Positions 1-15,070 of a DNA stretch of 64,000 nt are shown here, in pieces. Below the pieces are notes generated by a model that ran no database searches, was not told the DNA's origin, and was given only the letters and a program-made list of their open reading frames with translations. Made by a program: the position numbers and the translations under genes. The first letter of the stretch is position 1, and each line of letters starts with the position of its first letter. The stretch comes from Malacoraja senta (lineage: Eukaryota), in contig CM075991.1 of assembly GCA_038087875.1 (NCBI GenBank), positions 5,146,001 through 5,210,000 of the forward strand. The letters are read 5' to 3'.

Positions 1-1304
1 ATCAGAACAGGGGAACGATATAAACAAAACAAGAAAGGTCCCAATCCAAAACGTCAATTAAAAATTTAAACCTTTGACTACTCATGGTACAGCAAACCGT
101 TCTTTGAGGCACAGGGGAATGACTGAAAATAAAGATGATTTGGAATATATCCAAACCTGAAAGGTAGGACAGAGCAAACTGAAGACTGAGGAAGTGGATG
201 GAGGACTGAACAATAACAAAGAAATTTGAACGTTGTAGATTAGGAGAAAATGGGTTCATATGGCAACGTGAGATTGGAGCTGAGAGAGGGTTAAATCATT
301 ACGTAGATTGCCATTTATAAATCCAATGGAATTCAGGAAAAGCCTCCTTAATTACAAGAATGTCGAACACAGATCCATAGGGAGGTACCAGGAACTGCAG
401 ATGCTGGAATACTGAGTAAAACACAAAATGCTGGAGTAACTCAGCGGGTCTGGTAGCACCTGTGGAGGGAATGGACAGGTGACACTCTTCAGTCGGTAGA
501 AGTGTCCTGACCTGAAATGTCCCCTGTCCATTCCCTCCAGAGATGCTGTTAAACCCACACAGAGTAGTTGAGGCAAATAGCATGGAGAAGATGGATAAAC
601 ATGAGGGGAAAGGAAAAGGGGGAGTGTGGTGATGAAAAAGATGAAGGTGGGTGGGTGGGAGGAAGCACATGTGGATCAGAAGCAAGAACATGTTCAGAAG
701 GGCCAAATGGCCTGTTCCTGGGCTGCACATACTTTACAGCACGCAGGGTGGCCAATTGCCAAACTCCATCCAAATATGCGTCAAGTTCTGAATATGCGTC
801 AAGTTCTGAAGCCTTTACAAGCTTATGAAAACAGATTAGCATTGGACAGTATTGCCTATTCCTTGAATGCCGGTTCTTGAAGGGACTAGGCAAACTGAAA
901 TTAAACCCCTTGGAACAGAGAGAGTGGAGATTTAATGGAGGGATTGAAAACATTGGGAGGTTTTGATAAACAAAGAGAAATTATTTCCATTGGCGCTGAC
1001 TAGAAGACACATATTTAAAGCATTTTGTCATTCAACAATTTGTGATATAAACTCGCAGCAGCTGAGAGTAGTGGAAGTTGATTCAGTAATAGATTCAAAA
1101 GGGAACTGATAAATGCTAAAAAGGGAAACATTTTCAGCAATGAGGATTAAGATCAAATATATTCCCACTTGGCCTTTTCTAAAGCACTCATAATTCTTAA
1201 TAACAGAGTCCATATTGGAAGATTGCCTTCCTAACAATCCTATGCCCCACAACAGACTGTCTCACATGTTCATTAACTCCCCTTAGATTCTCCTATCACC
1301 CATA

Positions 1305-1600
1305 AGGCGGCACAGTGGCGCAGCGGTATAGTTGCTGACTAACAGTGCCGGAGATCCAGGTTCGATCCTGAGTATCGGTGCTGCCTGTACTGAGTTTGTA
1401 CGTTCTCCCTTTGACTGTGTGGGTTTTGCCCGGGCGCTCCAGGTTTCTCCCACACTCCAAAGACGGAGAGGTTTGTAGGTTAACTGGTATCAGTAAATTG
1501 TGAATTGTGTGTAAGATAGTGTTAGTGTGCAGGGTGACCGTTGGTCAGCACAGACTCCATGGGCCGAAGGGCCTGTTTCCGTCTTGTATCTCAAAAGTTT
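1305..1600 (+). mobile_element. tRNA-derived V-SINE (HE1-like)
   Basis: A box TGGCGCAGCGG, B box GGTTCGATCC, V domain GAGTTTGTACGTTCTCCC, CR1-derived tail GGCCGAAGGGCCTGTTTCC. Confidence 0.85.
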
Positions 1601-2619
1601 AAAATCTACTTGAGAGGTCATTAGCAGCAACCAATTACGTTACCAACCAGCATGTCTTTGGAGTGTGTGAAAAAACTGGGTACCCAGGGGAAACTCACGC
1701 AGTGCATAGGAAGGAACTGCAGGTGCTGGTTTCAACCAAAGTCAACCAGGGTGGCACATGGAACTGCATGTGCTGGAATCTTGCGCAGAACACAAAATGC
1801 TGGTATAATTCAACAGGTCAGGTAGCTTCTCTGGAGGACATGGATAGGCAATGTTTCGAGTTAGTCTGAAGAAGGGTCATGACCCAAAACTTTGCCCATA
1901 TATGCCCTCTAGAGATGCTGCCTGACCGGTTGAGGTACTCCAGCATTTTATGTTCAGCGAACTCAGGGTGACTTCCACACGTCATGATCTAAAGATTAGG
2001 ATCGAACTTGGATCTGGTGATGTGAGGCTAAGGATAAGTTAAAGGATGAGTTCCTCTTCTGAAGGAATTAGAACTGCAGGTTACAGTTTAAGAATGAGTT
2101 AAGATGGTCTATTTAAGATGGAGATGAGGTCATTTTAATTTCTTCCTGCGATGATCCAGAGTCTTTGGAAATCTTCTGCAGAGGATAGTGAGAGCAGTGT
2201 CTTTAAAATTGTTAAGGCAGACTTAAGTCGATCCTTGACAAAAAAGAAGGCGAATGGTATGATGGACACACAAGAGACTGCAGATGCTGAAGTCCTGAGT
2301 AAAAAGTAAAATATTGCAGGACCTCGACGAGTCACGTAGCATCCGTGGAGCAAAGTGGACAGCCAACGTTTTGGGCCTGGACCCTTCTTCAGAGGGTTAA
2401 CATGGGTAGAGTTGGTTACAATTAGATCATTCATAAATTGCAACATTCACAACACTAAAGAAACATTTCGACAGATACATAGATAGGGTAGGTTTAGCAG
2501 GAGATGAGTCAGATGTAGGCAGGTGGGACTAGTGTAGATGGGATATGTTGGTCGACATGGACAAGTTGGACCGAAGGGCCTGTTTTCACGCTGTCTGACT
2601 GTATGACTCTATGAATCTA

Positions 2620-2769
2620 ATCTGGAGTGGGAGATTGCAACCTTCACGTGGTCTGTCCTGTTTCGACGAATGCAATCAACCCGGCGTGCACAATCAAATA
2701 AGATCAAATAGAACAAGTTGTCCTACAACTTTAGGCTGTGCACACCATATGCAAGAAGAAGAAGAAGAC
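2620..2769 (+). mobile_element. Short retroposon 3' end with (GAA)n tail (RTE-like)
   Basis: Ends GCAAGAAGAAGAAGAAGA; flanked by similar CTCTA..AATCTAA sequences. Confidence 0.4.
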
Positions 2770-3574
2770 TCTAATCTAAGGTTTAGAAAGGTATGGGTCG
2801 AACACAGGCAAATGGGACTAGGTTAATGGGTAGTGCGATTAACTAGTACATGCCTACATGTACTGGTTGGGCTGAAGGGCTTGTTTCCATGCTGTGTGGC
2901 TCTATGACTGTATGATTCTAGGATTCCATGATCTTATCTCATTAAAAGGTACAGCAAGCTTGAGGGGCTGAGTGGCCTATTCCTGTCCATATTTATATGG
3001 TTTATAGCCACCAGCAATGATACTGGACATATCTGGATAGGATACACACACACACACCATGCATCTGCATCCCTTGGGCAAACTTATCATCAAAGGAAAC
3101 GAGCATGTGTGCTGATCACCAGCTTTGTGCGTGACATCGCTCTGTCGCAAGATGATGTGGAAAAAATATTTGACTAGGACCGATGAAGAGCAAGACAAAG
3201 AGCCTCTGGGTGATTGATACCTGGGACTGAGAGGAACTCAGAGAGTTGAGCGGTGATGGCAAACACATTATCATACCCAGAGCTCAGTCAACACTACCCA
3301 GCTCTTCTGTGCCACTCTGACAAGCCTGTTATTTATACAGCAAACAAAATCAGTCTCTGTGTATATGGCACCTTTAACGTGCTGAAATGTTCCAAACATG
3401 CTGCATGGCAGCATCCCTGGAGAGAAGGAATGGGTGACGTTTCGGGTTGAGACCCTTCTTCAGACCCGCCTCGATCCAAAACGTCCCCCATTCCATCTCT
3501 CCAGAGATGCTGCCTGTCCCTCTGAGTTACTCCAGTATTTTGTGTCTATTTTTCATTGTATCTCTATCTCACCG

Positions 3575-3980
3575 TATAGGAACATAAGACATAGGAGCAG
3601 AATTAGGGTTATATATTCAGCCCATCGGGTATACTCGACCATTTAATTATGGCCAATCAAATTTTCCCACTCAACCCCATTCACCTGCCTTCTCCCCTTA
3701 ACCTTTGAAGCCCTTCCTAATCAGGAACTTATCAATCTCCACTTTAAAAATACCCAATGTATTAGCCTCCACAGCCATCTATGGCAACGAATTCCACCGA
3801 TTCACCACCTTCGGGCTAAAGAAATTCCTCCTCATCTCCATTTTAAAGGTACATCCTTTGTTGTGAGGCAGTGCTCTCTGGGTCTAGACTCTCCCATTAC
3901 TGGGAACATCCTTTCCACTTCCACTCTATCTAGGCCTTCCATTACTGGTAGGTTTCAATGAGATCCCACCCTCATCCTTG
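3575..3980 (-). mobile_element. CR1 LINE 3' fragment
   Basis: Reverse complement of the CR1 3' end seen at 57045-57437 and homologous to 58830-59160. Confidence 0.75.
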
Positions 3981-6900
3981 TGCATATGTGCATATTTTAG
4001 CAAGCGCTTAAAATTGACTTAAGATAGACACAAAATGCTGGAGTAACTCAGCGAGTCAGACAGCATCTCTGGAGAAAAGGTATAGATGACGTTTTGGGTC
4101 AAGACCCTTCTTCAGACTTGATTTGACTTGACTTTACATGACCCCTGTGGCTGAAGAAAAGTAGATGTAATTTAGTTTAGTTTTAGTTTAGTTTAGTTTA
4201 GAGATACAGCGTGGAACCAGGCCTTTCAGACCACCGAGTCTGCACCGACCAGCGATCCCCGCACATTAACACTATCCTACACACACGAGGCAGGTCAGGA
4301 GGAGAACGTACAAACTCTGTACAGACAATCCGTGTAGTTTCTCTCTTTCAATACGGAGTATGGGCAAGCATCAGTGAGCAGCAAACTGGGAGATTGGTGG
4401 AGACCAGCAGCAGAATGATACTGTGCCAAGGAAGCTGAGAGGGACCGTAACCCTGACTTCCACAGTCAACGTTACAAAGGAAACATGTGAAGCTGAGATT
4501 ACAGAAGGTCACAGATCATCGAAAGCAGTTCAAGTATTGACCCATTAAATGGCTCGATTTCAGGTGAAGTGGTTAGTGAACCATCATTATCTGTCAGTAA
4601 ATGAGTGGTGTTTTTAATTTGGACCAGTGTGGTTGTAAATATTATTTTAGACAAGTTTGTGTGTTGCACGAGATTATATCATTTGGGGAGAGTTTTCACT
4701 GAGCGTAAAGATACTAGAGAGAAAAAGAACCAGATACTAAAGAGAACAAAAACCTCTGCTGAAAAAGTGACAAATTTCCCAAAAGACACTGAAATGCACA
4801 GAAATATGAGCACATTTCCTTTGATTTATATTGATTTTTACCACGGCACTTTTATTTTGGAGTTGTATGAATGAATTATAGGGTCTTTTCTTCACTTAAA
4901 GCCACTCATAAAGTTGACATTGAGAGGTGTCCATACAGATTAATTATGAGCAGTAACCTGGCTCCCTCAAGCATGTTTGTATTTTGTTTTCATATTGAAT
5001 TCCGACATAGCCTGCCATTGGGAGCTGTGAGCCTGCTATGTGAAGGGAGTTTTCTGAAATTTTCATGTTAAAAATTAATTTCTGATTTCACTTCTGTCTA
5101 AAGTTGTTAATAGAGATTTGGTTTCTGACACCTTATGAGATTCAGATCCAGATGCGACCAAGCAACCCTTTGAGCTTAGTTTAGTTTCGTGACCCATGCG
5201 GTCACGGGTAGAACACACAAACTCCTTACAGACAGCACCCGTAGTCAGGATCGAACCCGGGTATCCTACACTGGAAACGCTATAAGGCAGCAACTCGACC
5301 AATGAGCCACCATACCCCCCAGCGCTGACCCTTGTTTACTAGTCTAACTTCGTATATCCAGCTTCTGTCCCCAAATCTTGATTAATTGATCAATTAAAAT
5401 TATTATTTATAGATTAAAAATTAACAGTTACTATTTGCATAAGAGTGTTCCAAATGTCCCCTTATTCTGTGTGGAGAAGTAAGATTCAAGAACACCTTTA
5501 GATTCAAGAACAGCTTCTTCTCGTCAACCATCAGGCTCTTGAACCACACTGAACAATCCTAACCACAACCCGACTTCAGCACCAAACTACTATGGACTTT
5601 GTATAAGGGTTACACTGATAACATCAGCCTGCACTGGTATGGTCTGGTTAACTGCTATCACTTTTAATTTAAGACACAAAGTGCTGGAGTAACTCAGTGG
5701 ACCAGGCAGCATCTCTGGAGAACATTCGTCAGGCAGTAGCCCTGGAGCATATGGAGAGGTGACGTTTTGGGTCGGGACCCTTTTTCAGACCTGAGAAATG
5801 TCTCCGCTCCATATTCTCCAGAAATGCTGCCTAACCACCATGTTACTTCAACACTTAGCACGTCTGGAGAACATTATTGGGCAATGTTTTGAGTCGGGAC
5901 TATTTTCAGATCCTACAGCAGGTTCCCGACTGATAATTTATCGTGGTATTATTTAATGTATATTTATTTGCTATTTTGTTATGTTAATGTTCTTGGAAAG
6001 ACTGCAGCATGTAACTATTTTATTTTTCCATTCCCAGTGCAGATGACAATTAAACACACTTGGCTCATTACATTTTCATCTTTAAAAGGGCCTGGCGCCA
6101 TTTATTTAAATGCCACCCCACATTCCAGTTTCCCTGACAAAGGGAATGGCTTATCGCCACCTCCCTATCTGTTTGGCGTGTCTTGAAAATAATGAATAAA
6201 ACACATCTTTCCCATCTTGCTCTCAGGATAGATAGACACAAAGAACTCGGCGGGTCAGGCAACATCTCTGGAGAAAGGGATTAGGTGATGTTTTGGGTCA
6301 AGACCCTTCACTTTGCTCTCAGGATAGACAGTCTTAATATCTAATTCCAAAGAGGTACAGATTTGTAGGCTAATTGGTTTGGAATAATTGTAAATTGTCC
6401 CTAGTGTGCATAGGATAGTGCTCGTGTAAGGACTTCACTGGTCAGTGCGGACTCAGTGGGTCGATAGGCCTGTTTCTGTGCTATATCTCTAAACTAAACT
6501 AAATAAACTTCTTCCCCAACACAGTGGTTCAGCTGGTGGAGCTGCTACCTCACAGCACTGGTGACCGGGCCTCAGTCTTGGTCTCGGGTGCTGTCTGTGT
6601 GGAGTTTGCGTGCTCTCCATGTGATCACGTGCGTTTCATCCCCTGTGTTCCAATTTCCTCCCATATCCTAAAGATAAGTGGGTCGGAAGATTAAATAACC
6701 ATTGTAAATTGTTCCCAGTAGAATCTGGGGCGTGTTGATAGGAATATGAGTGGCACAGTGGCACAGCAGCAGAGTTGCTGCCTGCCAAATGTAGAGACTC
6801 AGGTTTGATCCTGTACGGGTGCTGCCTGTACTGAGTTTATACATTCTCCCTATGACCACGTGGTTTTGCTTCAGGTACACGTTTTGCCCTACTTTCCAAA

Positions 6901-8401
6901 GACCTGCAGATTTGTAGGTTAATTGGCTTTTGTAAAATTGCACCTAACATGTAGGGTGCAAATCTGAGTTAACATAGAATTAGTGTACGGGTGATTGCTG
7001 GTTGGCGCTGACTCAGTGGACCGAAGGGCTAATTACCCTGCTGATTATTTCGAAACTAAACTAAAAGTAGATTACAGGGAAAATTAATGGAAAAATGGAA
7101 TCACTGTGAGTCAGTATCAACTCATAGAACAGTACATGTACACAGGAATAGGCACTTTGGATCATGGTAACTGTGTTGAATGTCATGTCAATATCCCTCC
7201 ATTACTCCACATCCCTCCATTACTTGCATTTCCATGTGCAACAATGATAGTATCTGCTGACACCACTTCCCCTGGCAACACCTTCGAGGCACCTACCATA
7301 CTCCCTGTAAAAATAAAGTGGCCCTGCACATCACCGTTAAACCTTGCTCCTCTGATCTTCAGGCTATGTTCTCTTGTATTTAAAATTTCCACCCTGGGAG
7401 AAATGTTCTGACCATCTGCCCTATTAATGGCTCTCATAATGTTAAAAACATCCCCTTAGCCTCTAGCGCCCCAAAGGAAACAGTCCAAGTTTGTCCAAGT
7501 TTGGCCGACCACTCCTTAAAGCTGTGTAGGAAGGAACTGCAGATGCTGGTTTAAACAAACTGCCGGAGTAACTCAGCGGGACAGCCAGCATCTCTGGAGA
7601 GAAGGAGTGGGTGACGTTTCGGGTCCAGACCCTTCTTCGGACTGAAAGCTAATACACTCCCGCAAGCTCTTGGTTTCACTGCGTTGCAGTGAATGGCATG
7701 AACTTGTACAGACCTGCAGCGAGCTGCTCAGTGCCGTCCTGTCAGCTGTTTAATGTTTGCCGCATCTCGCAATGCAGGGACACGCAGAAGTCTGACACTT
7801 CCCAACGACCTTCCGCCCTGCTGCTGCATTCTCCTACGCAGTGACATGCTGAAGAGAGAATTCTGATGTACTTCACATCTGGCCCTTCGTTCACTCCAGA
7901 GAGGGATTGTACACGAACTGTAACCTCCTACATTGAAAAGAATCACTGATCCTTACATAAAAGGTCAAGACAGTAAAGAACTTGGATGAATTTTACTATA
8001 TTTTAATGGTTTAAATTATTGGCCAGTATTTTGATTACTTGTATGTTTTTTTAATGATTACATTTATTAAACAGTGTCCATTTGAAGAGTGAATTTGAGA
8101 TTTGAATAGTGTCCATTTCAAATCTGTTTGAAATTGTCTTTGATTAGCTACAGCACTTAAAAACAGTTCAATGGCCTTTGACAGCAGGAAGTTATCAAGA
8201 GCAGTCAGGATGTTTAGGGAGCATGTCCTCAGGATCCCTGAAGACAGTAGTGTGTGCTCTATGTTATAGTACACAGATGATAATCTCATTCATTATTCTA
8301 CTTAGGGAGAAGTTAAGTGTTGTGTTCAGTTTTGGTCACCCTACGAGAGAAATGATGTCATTATGCTGGATTGCATGTAGAGAAGATTTAAGAGGATGTA
8401 A

Positions 8402-9200
8402 AGAGCCTGTCCCACTTAGGCGACTTTTTAGGCGAGTGCAGGAGACTCTGCGCTCGCCTCATGATCGCCACATGGTCGCCACATGTTCGCTGGTGGTCTC
8501 TGGTGAGTCTCCTTCATGGTCGCGAGGAGTTCCCGCATGGAACTGGTCGCGGCCTCAGTATGGTCACCGCAAATTTTTCAAAATGTTGAAACATTTTCTG
8601 CAACCAAAAATTGGTCGCCATGGAGAAAATCGATAATCCTGTAGTCGTAGGTGCAGTTGTAGTGGGTTTGGCCATGTAGTTATGGGTAGTCGAGATAGTC
8701 GTAGGTAGTTTTAGTTAACCGCCTTTGCTGACCTCACTGGAGAAAAAGAACGTAAGCATGAGTTTTCAGAACCAAGGATAAATATTAAATGCCCGCCAAA
8801 CTTCACAGCTGTGTATCTCCAGCTTTTTAAAAGTTGTCTGGCTTCTTAAAATTTTCTCCACTCCTTCTCCCCCCCCTTCTCCCCCCCCCCCCCCCCTACG
8901 CCCCCCTTCTCCTCTCTCCCCCGTCACCCCTCTTTTAAAGGACTTACCGTTCACTGTGCTAGCCGTCTTAACCTTCCTGTTCATCACGGTGTTTGTCTGT
9001 ATCACCTTGGCTTTGCACCGTGTGAATATCAGACAGCGCTCTCCCGCTTTCCTTGGCCCCCGCCTTTGCGATGTGTTTGTGTGTGTGTGTGTGTTCCACT
9101 CTGACAGTCGCCGTTCCAGTTCCTGGTTTTTCAAGTGACTGCTGGGAACTTGACAGTTGCCGGCGGTCCTCTGAAAAATCGCCTAAGTGGGACTGGCCCT
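8402..9200. mobile_element. PIF/Harbinger-like MITE inserted in a CR1 fragment
   Basis: TIRs AGAGCCTGTCCCACTTAGGCGA / TCGCCTAAGTGGGACTGGCCCT; flanks TAA and TTA; CR1 sequence continues on both sides. Confidence 0.8.
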
Positions 9201-9650
9201 TTACCAAAACCCAAGGCCCTGAGCTATAGGGAGAGGTTGGGCAGTCTAATACTTAATGCCTTGGAGTGCAGGAGACAGGGGGGTGGTCTTAAAGAGGTGT
9301 ATATAAAAGTTATGAGGGAAACACTGTGAATTGATTTTTTACCCAAAGTAGGGGAATGAAAAACCAGAGGACATCGGTTTAAGGTGAGAGGGGAAAAAAT
9401 AATGGGAAAGTGAGGGATAACCTTTTTAAGCAGAGGGTGGTGGGTATATGGAATGAGCTGCCGGAGAAGGTAGTTGAGGCAGATACTATAACAGCATTTA
9501 AAAGACATTTGGACAGGTACATGGATAAAAAAAGTTTAGGGGGATATGGGCCAAATGCGGGCAGATGCAACTAGCATAGTGGGCCATTTTAATCGGCATG
9601 GACATGTTGGTCTGAAGGGCCTGTTTCTGTGCTGTATGATTCTATGACTA
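9201..9650 (+). mobile_element. CR1 LINE 3' fragment (continues from ~8310-8400)
   Basis: LSYRERL, TRGHRFKVRG, QRVVGIWNELPEKVVEA motifs; 3' tail GAAGGGCCTGTTTCTGTGCTGTATGATTCTATGA. Confidence 0.8.
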
Positions 9651-9666
9651 TCTATCTATCTATCTA

Positions 9667-10771
<1,105 letters not shown>

Positions 10772-12649
10772 TAAGTTCATAAATTCAGAAGTGATAGGAT
10801 CAGAATTAGGCCATTCCACTGCCACTATTCAACCCCCTGACACTCGTACTAATCAAGAATCTATCAATCTCTGCCTTAAAAATATCTACTGAATAATTTT
10901 CTTCATTCTAGTGAGACTCCTTTATCCAGTGACACAAGAGAGGACTGAAGTTGCAGATTCGGGAAATAAAATTAGATGAAAATCACTTTATTTCTTAATA
11001 ATGACCGGTCTTGAACTTGAAGTCTTGGCTGGTGAAGAGGGCAAGTGGTAAAGTAAGTCTGGGCTGGGTCCAAGAACAATCCAGGCATTTTAAGTGCAGA
11101 GCCTCATGTGGAATCAATGTTTAAAATGGTGTTCAACTGCACAAGGAAATTATAAGGAGGCCTGGGTTGTTTAGTTAAGAAATACGGACCACTTGTTTCC
11201 GTCCAGTCAGATTCGGGCTCAGGTTCACTTGTAATTGCAAACTACCAGCTTTTGTCAAGATTTTCTGTGAGATATTTTCCTCAGGGATATACATTGATAA
11301 TAACAGTAGAATTTCTGTTCTCGAGCACATTAATGCTCACAGTTTGCTGCCCTGGCCATTTTCGCAAGAGTTCATTAATGGCCAAACTCAACATCGACCA
11401 TCAATTCTTAATCCCAGTGGAAATCCATTATCCCCATTGAATAAACAACTCTGAAATTGCCGAGATCCGCTGCCCTGAATTACTAACAAAGTTAATGCTA
11501 ATTGGAAGAGATAGTGCAAAGAATTCCATCGCATTCTTGCTCTCGGTTCAATCCCACAATACCATGTTGCTCCCGCTGGGGATTGCTCTTGCTTTGTCGG
11601 CTGAATGGTAATGCTCTTGCCCTCTGAGTCAGAAGGTTGTGGGTTCGATTCCAACTCAGGGATGTGAGCCCATGATCTAGGCTAAGACTACATTTCAGTA
11701 CCAAGGAACGAGATTCTGTCTTCCTTTATTTTTTCCTTAAAACATTTCCACCAGAGAGACTTCTGAGCATGATATCACAATTGGAAATGTGCAGCTGGGA
11801 GGAATGATTGGATAGCCTAGGGTTATTTTCTTTGGAGCAAATTAGGGTAAAGTGAGACTTAAATAATGTGCATAAAATTTTAAGGGACCTGAATGGAGTA
11901 AATAGGAAAGATCTATTTTCCTTAGCAGAGGGGTCAACAACCAAGGGCCACAGATTTAAATAAATTCTTAGAAGAGGAACGGAGGTGATGAAGCGTGGCT
12001 CTTACCCAGAGGTGGTAGGGATCGGAAACTTACTGCCTAGAATGGTAGTGGATGCAAAAATCCTCATCACACTTGCACAACCTGCCTGTGTGTAGGAAAG
12101 AACTGCAGATGCTGGTTTACACCGAAGGTAAACACAACATGCTTGGGACCGTTCTTGGTATAATTTTAAATTGTCCCTAGTGTGCGTAGGATAGTGTTAG
12201 TGTACAGGCGCGGAGTCGGTGGGCCGAAGGGCCTCTTTCTGCATTGTATCTCTAAACTCAACTAACCTTGTCACGGTTTACCACTTAAAGCACTGCACAA
12301 CTTTTGTTCTTAATTAAATCAGAACATTCTTAAGTCATAGGAGAGAAATGTTTTGCCTATAAAGCACGTGCTGCCAAATCACTTCGTCTCATTCCTTGCA
12401 CCATCCCCTCGGCCCAACATTTGTGTTTTTCCCTTTCAAGCATCCAATCAACTTCCTTTGGGAAGCCAGAATTGGCTCAGATTCCCATGACCCTGGGCCA
12501 TGAATTTCAGATTATCACAGACACTATACAGGACATGGCAGCCCACTTCAGTACACCATCCACTTTCCTAAACAAGAGTCAAGAGTGCGTCACTGTCATA
12601 TGTATTGAAAACAGGACAATGAAATTCTTAATTGCAGCAACATAACAGA

Positions 12650-12960
12650 TGCCACGGTGGCGCAGCGGTAGAGTTGCTGCCTTGCAGCGCTTGCAGCGCC
12701 AGAGACCCGGGTTCGATCCCGACTACAGGTACTGGCAGTACGGAGTTTGTACGTTCTCCCTGTGACCGCGTGGGTTTTCTCCGAGAACTTCAGTCTCCTC
12801 CCACACTCCAAAGACGTGCAGGTTTGTAGAATTGGCCTGATATAAGTGTAAATTGCCCCTAGTTTGTGCAGGATAGTGTTAATGTGCGGGGATCGCTGGT
12901 AGTGTGGACTCGGTGGGCTGAAATGCCTGCTTCCAAGCTAAATATCTCTAAACTAAATTA
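12650..12960 (+). mobile_element. V-SINE (HE1-like)
   Basis: Same A/B boxes, V domain and (CTAAA)n tail. Confidence 0.85.
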
Positions 12961-13419
12961 AATAGATGATTTTAGATTTAGATCAGTTCAAAACTCGACA
13001 GCCTGGTCTTTGAAACACCAGGCTGCATGGAGGAAAAGAGGAGACCAGGACAGGCGAGCGTCTATTCTGTAGATAACTGTTCCCAACCGCAGGCTAAACG
13101 GAGCCCATCACTCAATAGTGCAGGACTGGCATGAGTTGGAAACATACTCAAACTTGAGCCCCGTCCAATATGTAAATCAAGTTTGCAAAAAGTCACGTAA
13201 AGCATTTGGAGCCAAATACGTGCAGTCCCCATGCAGCGCATTTGATTAATGATGGGATTAGAGGAAAGAAAGGAACAAGCTGCATTCATAGAGCACCTTT
13301 GTATGTGCTGGTATGAGGCGCAAAGGTGCTATACGAATGTAACTTTGTACCTCATGCCACCTGAGTTACAGGTGGCATGACTACCATACCACCTCATGGT
13401 GGTCCCACATGCCATCATC

Positions 13420-13625
13420 CAGTTGAGACATTAAGCCACTGCTCCTTCCGCCTCCGAAGCGGATGTGAAAATTTCCATTGCACCATTTGAGAAAGTACAG
13501 GGAATTTATCATTTCTTCTGCCCTGATCAATATTTATCCCACAATCAAAATTAAATAAAAGAGATGACATTCTGTTTATCATGCTGCCCTTTATTGAAGC
13601 ACCCACCATTGTGAGCAGTTTCCTC
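13420..13625 (+). mobile_element. Deu-domain SINE relic (SacSINE1-like)
   Basis: GGATGTGAAAATTTCCATTGCACCATTTGAGAAAG..CAGGGAATT..CAATATTTATCCCACAATCAA resembles the Deu domain; related copies at ~17010-17300 and ~44820-45075. Confidence 0.55.
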
Positions 13626-14029
13626 TAGTTACTCCCTCTGAATGCAACAAATATACCGGAATTACCAGGCTGAAAGAAATGGCAAGTTGCAAAAATCTCA
13701 AGCGCAAGAAGGTGATCATGGACACACAGAGAGGAAATGGTGGAAGCAAGTTTTTTGAGCATTGCCGTTCCACAGACTCAACAGTATGAAAGTCAAATCC
13801 CACACTAGCTGATGTGTGAACTGAATTTTGGAACATCTACAGATTTGCAGCCTGAACTCAGACCTCAGTGCCTGATCATCATTGTAAGAGGTTCCTTGTT
13901 GCCCTTTGGAAAGGAATAACAGGCAAAACTCATTGCAAAGTAATACCTGTGACAATACCACAATCCTTCAAATTGATCCCGGCCACAAATATTCCATTCC
14001 CATGTCCTTGGGATCCTTCCCTCCATTGA

Positions 14030-14412
14030 TGAACTGTACACTGCAAGGGCCAGGAAGCGAGCGGGTAAGATCAACTCTGACCCCTCTCACCCTGGCCACT
14101 AACTCTTTCAATCACTTCCCTCTGGAAGGCGACTCCGGACTGTCAAAGATGCCACAGCCAGACATAAAAACAGCTTTTTTCCACGAGTAATAGCTCTACT
14201 CAATAACCAAAAATCTGTTGCCTCCTTTTGCTCTGGTAATTTACTTAATTCACATGTTTAATCAATAATGTTTTATTATTAATGTTTAATGTTTTATGTG
14301 TCATTCCTAACTGTCACTGAATGTCGTTATCACTTGCGGGCGGAGCACCAAGGCAAATTCCTTGTATGTGAATACTTGGCCAATAAACTTATTAATCAAT
14401 TTATTAATTCAT
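14030..14412 (+). mobile_element. Rex1/Babar LINE 3' fragment
   Basis: LYTARARKRAGKINSDPSHPGH; AT-rich 3' UTR, CAATAAA and (ATTC)-like tail. Confidence 0.65.
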
Positions 14413-14419
14413 TCATTGA

Positions 14420-15070
14420 GTTTAATTTAGTTTAGAGATACAGCGTGGAAACAGGCCCTTCGGCCCACCATGGCCACGCCGGCCTACAATCACCAGTACA
14501 CTACTTGTATCCTACACACACCAGGGACAATTTGCTAAAGCCAATTAAATTACAAACCTGCATATCTTTGGAATGTGGGAGAAAATCGTAGCACCCGGAG
14601 AAATCCCACGCGGTCATGGGGAGAATGTATAACCTCCGTACAGGCAGCACCTGGAATCAGGATCGAACCCAATGGGGGAGTGAGGCGCTAGGAGAAGGGC
14701 AGTACTGCTTCCAGCATCTTCAAGGTTGGCTAGAGGAGGTGTCCCCAGGACACAAAGGCGGTCAGGCGAGGAGAAGGACATCGGTTCATGGGCCGAGCTG
14801 TTCGAAGGCGACGGAGGAGGCCCTACAGCAGCCATGTGTTTACCTGGGCTTACCTGTATCGGGGGTGCTCCAGTACATCCAGCAAGTGGACCGGACTTTG
14901 GCCTTTTTCTTTTTGTACTTGGCATCATAATATGGCGACTTGTGCATGTGTGAGCTGTGCAAAAATAATTTCACTGTGCAGCGCATATATGACAACAAAG
15001 AACCATTGAAATTAACCATTGAACCTGGGTCTCTGGCGCTGTACGGCAGCAAACAGCCATGATGCTGCCC
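14420..15070 (-). mobile_element. V-SINE interrupted by an unrelated + strand retroposon (~14670-15020)
   Basis: SINE stops at GATCGAACC and resumes at GAACCTGGGTCTCTGG; the insert ends in TGACAACAAAG(AACCATTG)n. Confidence 0.7.

Noticed and set aside
771..810. 18-bp tandem duplication AATATGCGTCAAGTTCTG
   Set aside because: Isolated slippage event with no further structure.
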